A stretch of 64,000 nucleotides of DNA from Mustelus asterias (lineage: Eukaryota): the NCBI RefSeq assembly GCF_964213995.1, contig NC_135810.1, forward strand, positions 41,044,001-41,108,000. The letters are read 5' to 3'. The position numbers and the translations under genes were made by a program. The notes under the pieces were generated by a model. It worked only from the letters and a program-made list of their open reading frames with translations. It made no database searches and was not told the origin of the DNA. This document shows, piece after piece, positions 38,165-51,229 of this stretch (position 1 is its first letter; every line of letters starts with the position of its first letter).

Positions 38165-38493
38165 TAAGAAGTCTCACAACACCAGGTTAAAGTCCAACAG
38201 GTTTATTTGGTAGCACAAGCCACAAGCTTTCAGAGCGCTGCTCCTTCATCAGGTGAGTGGGAGTTCTGTTCAGAAACAGGGCATAGAAAGACACAAACTC
38301 AATTTACAAAATAATGGTTGGAATGCAAGTCTTTTCAGGTAATCAAGTCTTAAAGGTACAGACAATGTGAGTGGAGAGAGGGTTCAGCACAGGTTAAAGA
38401 GATGTGTATTGTCTCCAGCCAGGACAGTTAGTGAGATTTTGCAAGCCTAGGCAAGTCGTGGGGGTCTCCGGCACGTTGCATTTCCACATCATG
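38165..38493 (-). mobile_element. Penelope-type insertion with 12-bp TSD
   Basis: Same family as 20419-20612; GCTTAAACTCAG (38153-38164) and GCTTTAACTCAG (38494-38505), one mismatch. Confidence 0.75.
38221..38255 (-). ncRNA. Minimal type I hammerhead ribozyme motif
   Basis: CAC-CUGAUGA-A-GGAGC-AGC-GCUCU-GAAA-GC-UU-GUG: both core boxes, stem II, CAC/GUG stem I, palindromic AGCU helix III. Confidence 0.6.
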
Positions 38494-38981
38494 GCTTTAA
38501 CTCAGGCCATGATTTGTTCAATACCGAGTCTCAGAATTTGTGTTTTGATCTGCTAGGGCAATCTGGCTTGGAATTATGCCAGATGAACAATAGTTGTCCA
38601 GGGCACTTGCCTGAAACAGGAGTTGGGCTCTTTAACTATGAAAGTCATTGTTCTATTTCAGGGAAACAACTATGATTGAATATCAACCGCAAATAATATC
38701 TAGTTGTAACAGCTTTTGAGGTGACTATTCAGCAGTCCATAAATTAATCACTAGAAACCTCTGAAACGATAGTCCAAGAGGCATGAAGATTTTATCCTGG
38801 GTCCATAAAAAACTGTTCACTTTCAAGTTCGCAAACAAGATCACCTTGATCGGCCCCAAAAATTTGGCACTCAGCCAAATCTCCACTCATAGCAGCAGGA
38901 CCAGAGAATCCCAGCTGTGTGAGGTTGGAGAATCCCCACCCTGATATGTTAGCAGCATTGAGTTGAATGCATCCTCTGAGG

Positions 38982-39192
38982 TCATGTACCAACCGACACA
39001 AGAACAGCTTCTTCCCTGCTTTTGAATGGACCTACCTTGCACTAAGTTAATATTTCTCTACACCCTAGCTATAACTGTAACACTACATTCTGCATTCTCT
39101 CGTTCCCTTCTCTATGAACGCTCTGCATAGCGTGCAAGAAACAATATTTTCACTGTATGCTAATACATGTGACAATAATAAATCAAATCAAA
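38982..39192 (+). mobile_element. Rex-Babar LINE 3' end
   Basis: TNRHKNSFFPA motif, tail GTGACAATAATAAATCAAATCAAA. Confidence 0.65.
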
Positions 39193-39609
39193 ATCCTCCT
39201 CGCATATTGATAATTCAGCTACTTTGCTAAATGTAACTGACAGTAGGTTTGTTGCAGCCATTTCAAAAGAACTGCAGCCTGGATTCTCCATTAATCTAAC
39301 ACCATAATAATAAGTTATTAGCTTCTTTGCCAGCCTGCCTGCATTGCCTGGTACAGAAATATCAGAGGTGGTCTTGGGGAAATGCCACAGCTGGACACTT
39401 ACAACAGAATTAAACAGCATGTTTTGTTCTCTAATTTATTGTCTCATTTTGACCCAAAAAGGACCTTAACTTGAAATGTGATAGAGTCATAGAAGTTTAC
39501 AGCATGGAAACAGGTCCTTTGGCCCAACTTGTTCATGCCGCCCCTTTTTTTTTACCCTTAAGCTAGTCCCAATTGCCCGCATTTGAGCATATCCCTCTAT
39601 ACCCAACTT

Positions 39610-40281
39610 ATGCTTGGCACACTTGAATGAATGCTTGATGAAGGCATGCTTCCCTTCATCAGCCGGGGTATTGAGTTTAAAAATTGGCAAGTCATGTTGC
39701 AGCTTTATAGAACCTTAGTTAGGCCGCACTTGGAATATAGTGTTCAATTCTGGTCGCCACACTACCAGAAGGATGTGGAGGCTTTGGAGAGGGTACAGAA
39801 AAGATTTACCAGGATGTTGCCTGGTATGGAGGGCATTAGCTATGAGGAGAGGTTGGAGAAACTTGGTTTGTTCTCACTGGAGCGACGGGGGTTGAGGGGA
39901 GACCTGATAGAAGTCGACAAGATTATGAGAGGCATGGACAGAGTGGATAGGCAGAAGCTTTTCCCCAGGGTGGAAGAGTCAATTACTAGGGGGCATAGGT
40001 TTAAGGTGCAAGGGCAAGTTTTAAAAGAGACGTACGGGGCAGATTTTTTACACAGAGTGGTGGGTGCCTGGAACTCGTTACCGGGGGAAGTAGTGGAAGC
40101 GGATACGGTAGTGACTTTTAAGGGGCGTCTTGACAAGTACATGAATGAGATGGGAATAGAGGGATATGGTCCCCGGAAGTGTAGGGGGTTTTAGTTAAGA
40201 CGGGCAGCATGGTCGGTGCAGGCTTGGAGGGCCAAAGGGCCTGTTCCTGTGCTGTAATTTTCTTCTTTGTTCGTTGTTCTT
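39610..40281 (+). mobile_element. CR1 element B (3' fragment) nested in A
   Basis: ORF 39631-40194 LYRTLVRPHLEY...AWNSLP; tail ending TTGTTCGTTGTTCTT. Confidence 0.88.
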
Positions 40282-40580
40282 TACCCATGTAACTGTCTTA
40301 ATGCTTTTTAAAAGACAAAATTGCACCGGCCTTTATTACTACCTCTGGCAGCTAGTTCCAGACGCTCTCCTCCCTCTGTGTGATAAAATTGTCCCTCTGG
40401 ACCCTTTTGTATCTCTCCCCTCTCACCTTAAACCTATGTCCTCTGGTTTTAGATTTCCCTACCTTTGGGAAACAATATTGACTATCTAGCTGATCTATGC
40501 CCCTCATTATTTTATAGAGCTCGATAAGATCACCCCTGAGCCTGCTACGCTCCAGGGGAAAAAAGTCCCAGTCTATCCAG

Positions 40581-40906
40581 AGGGCGGCACGGTAGGACTG
40601 CTTCTTCACAGCTCCAGGGACCTGGGTTCGATTCCCGGCTTGGGTCACTGTCTGTGTGGAGTTTGCACATTCTCCTCGTGTCTGCGTGGGTTTCCTCCGG
40701 GTGCTCCGGTTTCCTCCCACAGTCCAAAGATGTACAGGTTAGGTTGATTGGCCATGCTAAAATTGCCCTTAGTGTCCTGAGATGCGTAGATTAGAGGGAT
40801 TAGTGAGTAAATGTGTAGGGATATGGGGGTAGGGCCTGGGTGGGATTGTGGTCGGTGCAGACTCGATGGGCCGAATGGCCTCTTTCTGTACTGTAGGGAT
40901 TCTATG
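40581..40906 (+). mobile_element. HE1 SINE nested in CR1 A, 6-bp TSD
   Basis: ATCCAG at 40575-40580 and 40907-40912. Confidence 0.92.
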
Positions 40907-41554
40907 ATCCAGCCTCTCCTTATAACTCAAACCATCAAGTCCCGGTAGCATCCCAGTAAATCTTTCTGCACTCTTTCTAGTTTAATAATGTACTTTCTAT
41001 AATAGGGGGACCAGAACTGTACATAGTATTCTAAGTGTGGCCTTACCAATGTCTTATATAACTTCAACAAGACGTTCCAACTCCTGTATTCAATGTTCTG
41101 ACCAATGAAACCAAGCATGCCGAATGCCTTCTTCACTTTGTGCACATGTGACTCCATTTTCAAGAGCTATGACTCTGTACCCCTCGATCTTTGTTCTATA
41201 ACTCTCCCCAATGCTCTACCATTAACTGAGTAAGTCCTGCCCTGGTTTGATCAACCAAAATGCATCACCTCGCATTTATCTAAATTAAACTACATCTGCC
41301 ATTCGTCAGCTCACTGGTCCAATTGATCAAGATCCTGTTGCAATCCTAGACAACCTTCTTCATTGTCCACTATGCCATCAATCTTGGTGTCATCTGCAAT
41401 TTTACTAACCATGCCTACTAAATTCTCATCCAAATCATTAATATAAATGACAAATAACAGTGGACCCAGCACCGATCCCTGAGGTGCACCACTGGTCACA
41501 GGCCTCCAGTTTGAAAAACCAATTTTGTATCCATTTGGCTACCTCACCCTGGAT

Positions 41555-44352
41555 TATAGAAACATAGAAAAAACTACAGCACAAAACAGGCCCTTCGGCC
41601 CCACAAGTTGTGCCAAACATAACCCTACCTTTTAGGCCTACCTATAACCCTCGATCCTATTAAGTCCCTTGTACTCATCCAGGAGTCTGTTAAAAGACCC
41701 TATTGAGTTTGCCTCCACCACCACTGATGGCAGCTGATTCCACTCGCCCACCACCCTCTGTGTGAAAAACTTCCCACTAATATTTCCCCTGTACCTACTC
41801 CCCAGCACCTTAAACCTGTGTCCTCTCGTAGCACCGGGGGTAGCTTTTGCTTCCACAAAACCTGTTGGACTTTAACCTGGTGTTGTTAAACTTCTTACTG
41901 TCCTCTCGTAGCAGCCATTTCCACCCTGGGAAAAAGCCTCTGAGAGTCCACCCGATCTATGCCTCTCAACATCTTGTATACGTCTATTAGGTCTCCTCTC
42001 ATCCTACGTCTCTCCAAGGAGAAAAGACCGAGCTCCCTCAGCCTATCCTCATAAGGCATGCCACTCAATCTAGGCAACATCCTTGTAAATGTCCTCTGCA
42101 CCCTTTCAATCTTTTCCACATCCTTCCTGTAATGAGGCGACCAGAACTGAGCACAGTACTCCAAGTGGGGTCTGACGAGGGTCTTATATAGCTGCATCAT
42201 TATCCCCGGACTCCTAAACTCAATCCCTCGATTGATAAAGGCCAGCACACCATACGCCTTCTTAACCACCTCCTCCACCTGCGGGGCCGATTTTAGAGTC
42301 CTATGGACCCGGACCCCAAGGTCCTTCTGATCCTCTACAGTACTAAGAGTCTTTACCTTTATATTGTACTCCTTCATCCCATTTGACCTGCCAAAATGGA
42401 CCACTTCGCATTTATCTGGGTTGAAGTCCATCTGCCACTTCTCTGCCCAGCCTTGCATCCTATCTATGTCCCTCTGTAACTTCTGACATCCCTCCAGACT
42501 ATCCACAACCCCACCAACCTTCGTGTCGTCGGCAAACTTACCAACCCATCCCTCCACTTCCTCATCCAGGTCATTTATGAAAATGACAAACAGCAAGGGT
42601 CCCAGAACAGATCCCTGGGGCACACCACTGGTGACCGACCTCCATTTAGAAAAAGACCCATCTATACCCACTCTCCGCCTCCTTTGGGCAAGCCAGTTCT
42701 GGATCCACAGGGCAGCAGCCCCTTGGATCCCATGCCCTCTCACTTTTTCTAGAAGCCTTGCATGGGGGACCTTATTGAACGCCTTGCTAAAATCCATATA
42801 AACCACATCTACCGCTTTCCGTTCGTCAATGTGTTTAGTCACATTTTCGAAGAACTCCACCAGGCTCGTAAGGCACGATCTGCCTTTGACAAAGCCATGC
42901 TGAGTATTCTTGAGCATACTAAACCTCTCTAAATGCTCATAAATCCTGTCCCTCAGGATCTTCTCCATCAGCTTACCAAGCACTGAGGTTAGACTCACCG
43001 GTCGGTAATTTCCTGGGCTATCCCTATTCCCCTTCTTGAAAATAGGAACCACATCCGCAATCCTCCAATCCTTCGGCACCTCCCCCGTCTCCATCGACGA
43101 TGCAAAGATCATCGCCAGAGGCTCTGCAATCTCTTCCCTCGCCTCCCACAGTAACCTGGGGTACATCCCATCCGGACCCGGCGACTTATCTATCTTGATG
43201 CCATTCAAAGAATCCAGCACAACTTCTTTGTTAAATTCCACATACTCAATCTTTTCAGACCACCGCAAGCCCGCAGTACATCCACCCAGGTCCTTCTCCT
43301 CTGTGAAAACCGAGGCAAAATACTCATTAAGCACCTCTGCCATTTCTACTGGTTCCATACAGATTTTCCCGCCTTCACCTTTTATGGGCCCCATTCCTTC
43401 ACGTCTCATCCTTTTACTCTTCACGTATTTATAGAATGCCTTAGGGTTTTCCTTAATTCTACCTGCCAATGCCTTCTCGTGACCCCTTCTGGCTCTCCTA
43501 ATTTCCTTCTTTAGTCCCTTCCGACAAGCCGTATACTCATCAAGATCCCTATCTTTGCCAAGCTCTCTGAACCTTTTGTACGCTTTCCTTTTCTTCTCGA
43601 CTAGGTCCCGCACAGCTTTCGTGCACCACGGTTCCTTTAACTGACAAACTCCTCCCTGTCTGCTCAGAACGTTGTCCTGTAGAACTCTAGACAGACAGTC
43701 CTTGAAAAACTGCCACCTCTCTTCAGTACATTTCCCCAAGAATACCTTCTTCCAATTCATTCCTCTAATTTGCTGCCTTATGTCTTCATATTTCCCCTTA
43801 CTCCATATAAACGCTTTCCTAGCTTGCCTGATCCTCTCTTTTTCCAATGCAAGCATAAAGGAGATAGAGTTATGAGCGCTATCCCCAAGATGCTCCCCCA
43901 CTGAGAGATCTGACACCCGTCCAGGTTCATTGGTCAGTATCAGATCAAGTACAGCCTCTCCTCTTGTAGGCTTGTCCACATGCTGTGTCAGGAAACCTTC
44001 CTGAACACACCTAACGAACTCCTCCCCATCCAATCCCCTTACCCTAGGGATATTCCAATCTATGTTTGGGAAATTAAAGTCTCCCATCACAACAACTCTG
44101 CTATTACTGCATCTCTCCAGGATCTGTTTCCCTATCTGCTCCTCCACCTCCCTGTCACTATTGGGCGGCCTATAGAAAACTCCCAGCAAAGTGATCGACC
44201 CCTTCCCACTCCGAACTTCCACCCACAGAGACTCTGTAGACAATCCCTCCACAGCATACACCTTCTCTACAGCTGTGACACTATCCCTGATCAGCAGTGC
44301 CACTCCACCCCCTCTCTTGCCTCCCTCCCTGTCCTTCCTGAAACATCTGAAT
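41555..44352 (-). mobile_element. CR1 element D (5'-truncated within endonuclease, young) nested in A
   Basis: More than 800 uninterrupted ORF2 codons ([19 protein letters not shown]); tail TTCTATGTTTCTAT. Confidence 0.93.
41834..41898 (+). mobile_element. 65-bp Penelope-type fragment with 15-bp TSD in CR1 D
   Basis: AAACCTGTTGGACTTTAACCTGGTGTTGT; TSD TGTCCTCTCGTAGCA at 41819-41833 and 41899-41913. Confidence 0.8.
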
Positions 44353-45304
44353 CCTGTGAGATTTAACCTGATACAACAACCTACTATGTGGTACCTTGTC
44401 AAAGGCCTTGCTAAAGTCCATGTGGACAGCATCAACTGCACTCATCTACCTTCTTGGTTACCCCTTCAAAAAACGTAATCAAATTTGTGAGACATGATTC
44501 TCCACTCACAAAGCCATGCTGACTATCCCTAATCAGTCCTTGCGTCTCTAAATGCCTGTAGATCCTGTCTCTTAAAATACCTTCTAATAACTTACCCACT
44601 ACAGATGTGAGGTTCACCGGCCTGTAGTTCCCAGGTTTTTCCCTGCAGCCCTTTTTAAGCAAAGGCACAACATTTGCCACCCTCCAATCTTCAGGCACCT
44701 CACCTGTGACTATCGATGATTCAAATATATCTGCTAGGGGACCCGCAATTTCCTCCCTAGCCTCCCACAATGTCCTGGGATACACTTCATCAGGTCCTGG
44801 GGATTTATCTACCTTGATGCGCTTTTAAGACTTCCAGCATCACCTTCTGTTATATGTACACTCCTCAAGATATCACTATTTATTTCCCCAAGTTCCCTAA
44901 CATCCATGCTTTTCTCAACAGTGAATACTGATGAGTAATATTCATTTAGGATCTCACCCATCTCTTATGGATCTGCTCATAGGTGACCTTAAGAGGCCTT
45001 ACTCTCTCCCCAGTTACTCTTTTGCCCTTTAAGTATTTGTAGAAGCTCTTTGGATTCTCCTTTGCCTGATCTGTCAAAACAATCTCGTGTCTCCTTTTTG
45101 CCTTCCTGATTTCTCTCTTCATTCATACAATCTCTATACTCTTCAAGGGATCCACTTGATCCCAGCTGCCTATGCATGTCATGTGCCTCCTTCTTCTTGA
45201 CCAGGGCCTCAATATCCCGAGTTATCCAGGCTTCCCTACTTCTACCAGCCTTGCCCTTCACTCTAAGAGGAAATTGCTTACCCTGAACCCTGGTTAACAC
45301 AGGT

Positions 45305-47165
45305 CCTGGAGCGATGCCTCCCCTTACGGGGTTGTGGCAGCACTGGCACATTACTGGAGAGATGGAACAAAGAAGCCTATTGCAGATGAATCTAGGACCC
45401 TCTCGGATGCTGAGTGGAGATTCCCAGATCGAGAGAGAGGGATTGGCAGTTGTCTTCAGCGTTAAAAAGTTCCATCAATACGTCTACGGTAGACATTTTT
45501 TTCTGTGACTGATCATAAATCTCTGCTAGAACTTTTTAATAAACAAGGCAATCGCCTACATTCCCTCTGCCTAGATATAGAGTTGGGCCTTGTTACTGGC
45601 GGCTTCTAAGTACCTCCGAGAGCACCACCCCAGGACCTGGCTAGCTAACATCCTCGCACTGAGTCATCTGCCATTGCCTCACTTCACTATCGGCTGTGGA
45701 AGATATTGCGATGACCCTCAATCTTTTCCATAACTTGCCGGCATCTGCAAGGCAAATCAAGGACTGGACACAAAAGGTCCCAGTCTTGTCTAAATCAAAA
45801 AACCATAAATCCGTATGGGGGATTCATAGGGTAGCCCTCAGATGAAATGAAACATTACTGGATAAAGAAAGGCCAGCTCAGTGTTGAGAATGGCATCCTG
45901 TGTTGTTGTCCCTCACCCAGGGCAACATCCGATATTTATGGAATTACACCACAGCTGCCCTGGGATTTCAAAGATGAAAATACTAGCAGGAGTATGGTGG
46001 CCTGGCTTTGACGCAGACATTGCTGACTTGGTTAGTCATGCCAAGAGAATCAAAAACTCCCTCCCTCAGCCTCCCTACATCCATGGGAATGGCCTGGTAG
46101 GCCTTGGATGTGAGTGCATGTAGACTTTGCCAGGCTCTTTTTGGGTTCCAGGTTCCTAATTATGGTCAACCTGAATTCCAAATGGTTGGAGATGCCTTGT
46201 AAAAACTCATCACTTCCCATGCTTCCATGAGAAACTAAGACAAAGTTTCTGCATGCACAACAGTCAGTCAGATGATTCAGCGTGACCCAAATACATGTTT
46301 AACTGCAGAAGAATATCTTAAAGCCCTGGTCTCTGATAATGGCACTGTCTTTACTAGCACCGAATTTCAGACTTTCATGCTTTCCAATGGAATCAAAGAA
46401 ATTAGGACAGCACCCTATCACCTGCCATCAAACTGGTTTGCTGACCGAGCAATGCAGACTTTTAAGCTTGGCATGAAGAAGCAACCTGCAGCGCTCATAG
46501 CGATTAAACTGGGTGATTTTTATTCAACTACAGGACTACCCCTCACACAATGACAGGAATCGCCCCAGCGGAACTATTAATGGGACAGAAGCTTTGAACA
46601 AAATTAAGCTTACTGTTCCCATACCTGGGTGAGGAGGTTGGAGTCCCAACAAGAGAACCAGAAGAAGAACTATGATTCTGTAAGGGAGACAGAACATTCA
46701 AAACCAGTAAACAAGTGCACTTGAGGAACTTTGGGGATGGCCTCATTTGGGTCTCCGGGATCATAATAGAGAAAACAGGACCTATGTCTTATGAGGTCCA
46801 AATGCAGGGCAAAATTGTCAGGAAACACCTGGACCATTTCAGAAGTAGGGAGCATGTGCCAGGGCAGGCTTCATCTCAGACATGGGACGACCACTGCCAG
46901 CGTCGAGTCTCGAAAGCAAGTTAAACCCATGCCTGCCCCTCTGGGTGATGAGGACATGGATTCTGAAATGGAAGCGGAAGAGACCGGTGTCCCTACTGAA
47001 ATGAGACCTTAAGAAGAACCAGCAATGGTGTCTTTAAGACCCTCCCTTTGGAAGCCAAGGTCTCCGGTCTTACCTCCCATCGACCCCAGGCTGATGGCCA
47101 AGCAGTGGAGAAAACCCCTCCATAGCCAGAGTACGGGGGAAGAAACTGATTGAGAGGGGGAGGTA
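45305..47165 (+). pseudogene. Gypsy LTR retrotransposon pol remnant (RNase H + integrase)
   Basis: DASPYGV, SQIEREGLAVVFSVKKFHQYVYGRHF, VWWPGFDADI, LVSDNGTVFTSTEF, TAPYHLPSN; many frameshifts; PPT at 47152-47163. Confidence 0.9.
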
Positions 47166-47416
47166 TGTTATAATGGCCATGGGGGGTCATCAATAGATCT
47201 CCCCGTGAGCCTCATTGAATACGAGCTCCCTATTAGGTGAGTGGAGGCTCACACAATAGGGAAAGATCAGTGGGGATTTTAAAACCAGCTGGCTCCACTA
47301 AGGCCAGCAGTCAATAGATTTGGCACCAATCTGCACTCTGTGGCCGTTGAGAGGCATTCAGGTATCGCTGTCAATAAAACAGGTGATGGAAGACTGGCCT
47401 TGGTAAGATGATTACA
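47166..47416 (+). mobile_element. 3' LTR of the Gypsy element
   Basis: TGTTAT start 2 nt after the polypurine tract, AATAAA near 47373, ends ATTACA (inverted to the start). Confidence 0.7.
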
Positions 47417-48633
47417 AGATTATTAAACCTTTTCCAGTCTTGCATCCAAGATCTCCAGACCTATCCCAAATTTCAGCCTTTACCTGTGCTCCAGACTTGT
47501 CCCAGTGTTCCAGGCTTGCCCCATGGTTTCCCGCTCTTCTCTGGGTTTTCAGGTTCCAGCCTGGCCTTATGCAATTCTCCTGTCTCATCATTGAGATGAC
47601 AGCATATTACTTTAAACAGCAATCACAGTAATGGCTGCTGTGATCGATATAAATCAGGCCCATTATTTCTTCCCACCTCTTATTCTTATTCCTGCAGGAT
47701 GACAAAACTGTTTCCATATTAATTAAGGGACTGTCCCCATGAATATTGTACATCACTTCTGTTTCTTACCAAGGGCAAGTTTGTGACCCAGAATCTTCCC
47801 AGTTTGCGTTATGATGTGAAATTCGGCTCATTAAATTCTTACAGTGTGCCTTTCATAGGATATGAGCCAGCAATTTGTAAACACATCAGTGCTAAATCAG
47901 CCCCAATCCAGATCAGGTCTACATCAATGTGAAGTAGATCCAATTTTAGTAATTAAAGTTACACTCAATGTGGTCTTTCTGATTCATTTGGACTTTGAAA
48001 ATGTAGCTACTGGAATTTATTCTTTCAAAGTCACAAAACTGATGTAATTGATGAGAAATGGACAAAGCCATCACTGGCAGCTCAAAAACCCTCCGTTCCT
48101 CAAGACTGCTAAGTCACTCAAGTAACATTATTCTACTCCTTCAAAATGGGATACAAATGCATGACAAGTGTTAGCTTAACTTGGTGATAGTTACTCTTAA
48201 CTCTAAGTTAGGTGGTTGGAAGTCCCATTCTAGGACTTGTGTTTGTATTTAATGCAGGTTGTCATTTTAAAACAGCACTAAATTTGAGATTAAAATGAAT
48301 TCACATGCTAACATCCAGAAGCACATTCTGCAGGATGCAGTGGAAAGCTGCATTATACAGCAGGGACCAGTAAGATATGATTTTTCCTAAGTAATATGCA
48401 TTATTACCTCAAAAGTGCACCATCTACCAACCTCAAAAGTGCACCATCTACTCTATCACTGTGACATTTTTCCACTTACCATTCAATGAGATGGCTCAGT
48501 TAATATACTATTGTGGACTGTTGCATATCAGAAGCCAAACTGAGACATTGAGGTGTTTTATTTGAAATCAGTAGAGAGAGGATAAATTGGATGCTGATAT
48601 TCAAATATAGGTCTGAGAGGAAAAGGATAATCG

Positions 48634-49312
48634 TAGAATAGGATCCCTGCAGTGCAGAAGGAGGCCATTCGACCCATCAAGTCCACATCGACTCTGACAG
48701 AGCATTTTACCCAGGCCGTCTCCCCGTTCTATCTTTTTGATTTGATTTATTATCGTCACATGTATTGGCATGAAAATGTATTTTCAGTGAAAAATATTGT
48801 TTCTTGCACACTATACAGACAAAGCATACAATTCATAGAGTACATAGGGGAAAAGGAAAGGAGAGGGTGCAGAATATAATATTACAGTCACAGCTAAGTT
48901 AAAGAAGATCAACATAATATAAGGTAGGTCCATTCAAAAGCTTGATGGCAGCAGGAAAGAAGCTGTTCTTGAGTCAGTTGGTACATGATCTCAGACTTTT
49001 GTATTATTTTCCCAAAGGAAGAGGTTGGAAGCGTGTATGTCTGGGTGCGTGCGGTCCTTGATTATGCTGGCTGCTTTCTGAGGCAGCAGGAAATGTAGAT
49101 AGAGTTAATGGATAGGAGGCTGGTTTGTGTGATGGACCATCCCCATAACGCTGTGCACTTACCATGGGCAATCCACTAAACTTGCACATCTTAGGACACA
49201 AATGGAGAACTTAGCATGGCCAATTCACCTAACTTGCACAAGTTTGGGCTGTGGGAGGAAGCGGAGCACCCGGGGAGATGGACAGTGACCTGAGGCCTGA
49301 ATCAAACCCAAG
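48634..49312 (-). mobile_element. HE1 SINE split by a Rex-Babar fragment
   Basis: Tail at 48634-48725; remainder at 49137-49312. Confidence 0.7.
48737..49136 (-). mobile_element. Rex-Babar LINE 3' fragment
   Basis: Minus strand FQPLPLGK...TN*LKNSFFPAAIKLLN and AATAAATCAAATCAAA tail. Confidence 0.7.
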
Positions 49313-50329
49313 TCATGTTGAAGGGAGTGATGGGCTGGAGAGAGTGATATGTGTGTGTTGGACTGGTGTTTAAATATGGCAGCAGGACCTTTAAGCCCAC
49401 CAGCGGGCAGACGAATCAGCTGCAGGAGACCTCACCTGTGAATAATTAATGAGCTTCAAAGTGTAGAATCTAGTGTGGGATCCCACCATTCCAGCCAGTG
49501 GGAAAGGAGCCGCTGGAGTTACACTCAGCCTAAGAATGGGAGAATTCCATGCCAAGTGTCTATTTGGAGAGGATTTCCTGTTCTCCAGGGCTTCCATCTC
49601 TGTGAGAATAAAACAGTCAGCCACACATGGGACCAACCTTGTTGTCTGGGGCCTAAATTATTCAGGATTATCTGCTACTTGAAATGCCTTTCAGAAATGC
49701 AGACAGAGCTTGAACAGTAAGTAATGAGTGCCTTGCGGGGAATGGATCTTCAAATGAAGAAAATAGTCAGTAGCTCCTGGAGCTTTGTATCTTCCATGTT
49801 TAAAAGAAATGCATGGCTTGAAGTAATTTATTTGTAGTATTCAGTCATCTAGAGCTCAGACAGCTTATCCCAGCAAGGTGATACATTGCAGATGAGTTAG
49901 TTCACCTATTTTACAAAAGAGACCAAAAAATAGCTTGGGGCCTATTGCAAGCCTGACTTGATTCTGCACGCATGTAAAACTTGAGGCCTGAGGATCGATA
50001 GAAGTTGTTCTTCCGACTTCATTAACATACTCAGTATCTGTCTTCATATGTCCATTCAAGCAAAGACAACGATGTGGGCCACTTATGTTACATTTATATT
50101 GCACCTTTCACTACCACAGATCATCCTAAATAACTTACAGTGCGATGTTTCTTGTAGTGTAATAAGCATGTTAGCTAAGTTATGCATGCCAATCACCTCA
50201 CAGCAGAGATAACGACTGTCAGGGAGAACTTTTCTGTTCTTGAAAATAATATCATAGGATCTTTCATATCTGTCTGCAAAGCAGGACAGGGCCTCAGTTT
50301 AATACCTCACATGAAAGACATATCTTTGA

Positions 50330-50737
50330 CCATAAGATATAGGAGCAGCATTAGGCCATTTGGCCCATCGGGTCTGCTCCACCATTCAAACATGGCTGAT
50401 ATGATTCACATCCCCATTCTCCTGCCTTCTCTCTGTAACCCTTGATCCCCTTATTGACCAAGAGCCTATCTACCTCTGTCTTAAAGACACTCAATGACCT
50501 GGCTTCCACAGCCCTCTGTGGCAATGAGTTCCACAGATTCACCACCCTCTGGTTGAAGAAATTCCTCCTCATCTCAGTTTTAAAGGATTGTCCCTTCACT
50601 CTGAGGTTGTGCTCTTGAGTTTAGCCTCTCCCACTAATGGAAACATTCTTTCCATATCCACTCTATCTAGGCCTCTCAGTATTCTGTAAGTTTCAATGAG
50701 ATCCCCCCTCATCCTTCTAAACTCCATCGAGTATAGA
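50330..50737 (-). mobile_element. CR1 3' fragment
   Basis: FKTEMRRNFFNQRVVNLWNSLP; 3' UTR like that of the full-length copy. Confidence 0.88.
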
Positions 50738-51229
50738 CATTGCAGCAAGCCCTCAGGACTCTAATGGAGTGTCAGCTTCTGGTGATTGGAGCCCATTTCC
50801 ATGTCCACACAGCCATTTTGTATTGCTTATTGTATCAATTTCGAGGTTGCATTAAAGCTCGATGTATTCACCTAAAAAAGCTGTTGATACTGTGGTCCAG
50901 TTTATGTGCCAATTTGAAGGTTAACTCAGTTTATTAGTGTGGTGGCAGCATTAGAATATTTTCATATCTCTCATCAAAGGGAATTGGTGAGTTTAAGTGC
51001 ATATGTAGCTGGATATTGATCTCTACTTCGTCCACAACATTATGATACAGTAATAGCAGAAACTATGGCAGCCACACATTGAACACCAAAATAGATGGTT
51101 AGGGGAGATTGAGAAAGTAAATTAATTTGGTCATTGGTATTGAAACCTAATCTATTTGATCCTAACTTTTTCCCCTTCCTCACTGATTGTTTCACCAAGC
51201 AGAAGAGAGCTAAAACCAACCCTCTTTAG

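Larger units (their letters stand above)
39481..45300 (-). mobile_element. CR1 element A (5'-truncated, decayed; host of nested insertions)
   Basis: Collinear pieces at 39481-39610, 40282-40580, 40907-41554 and 44353-45300; same subfamily as 57137-58066. Confidence 0.88.

Noticed and set aside
44353-44441. Novel N-terminus of the 848-aa ORF
   Set aside because: It is out-of-frame sequence of CR1 A fused by chance to the truncated CR1 D.
48406-48451. Short tandem duplications (also 13432-13470)
   Set aside because: Two-copy duplications of about 20-24 bp are ordinary slippage or repair products.
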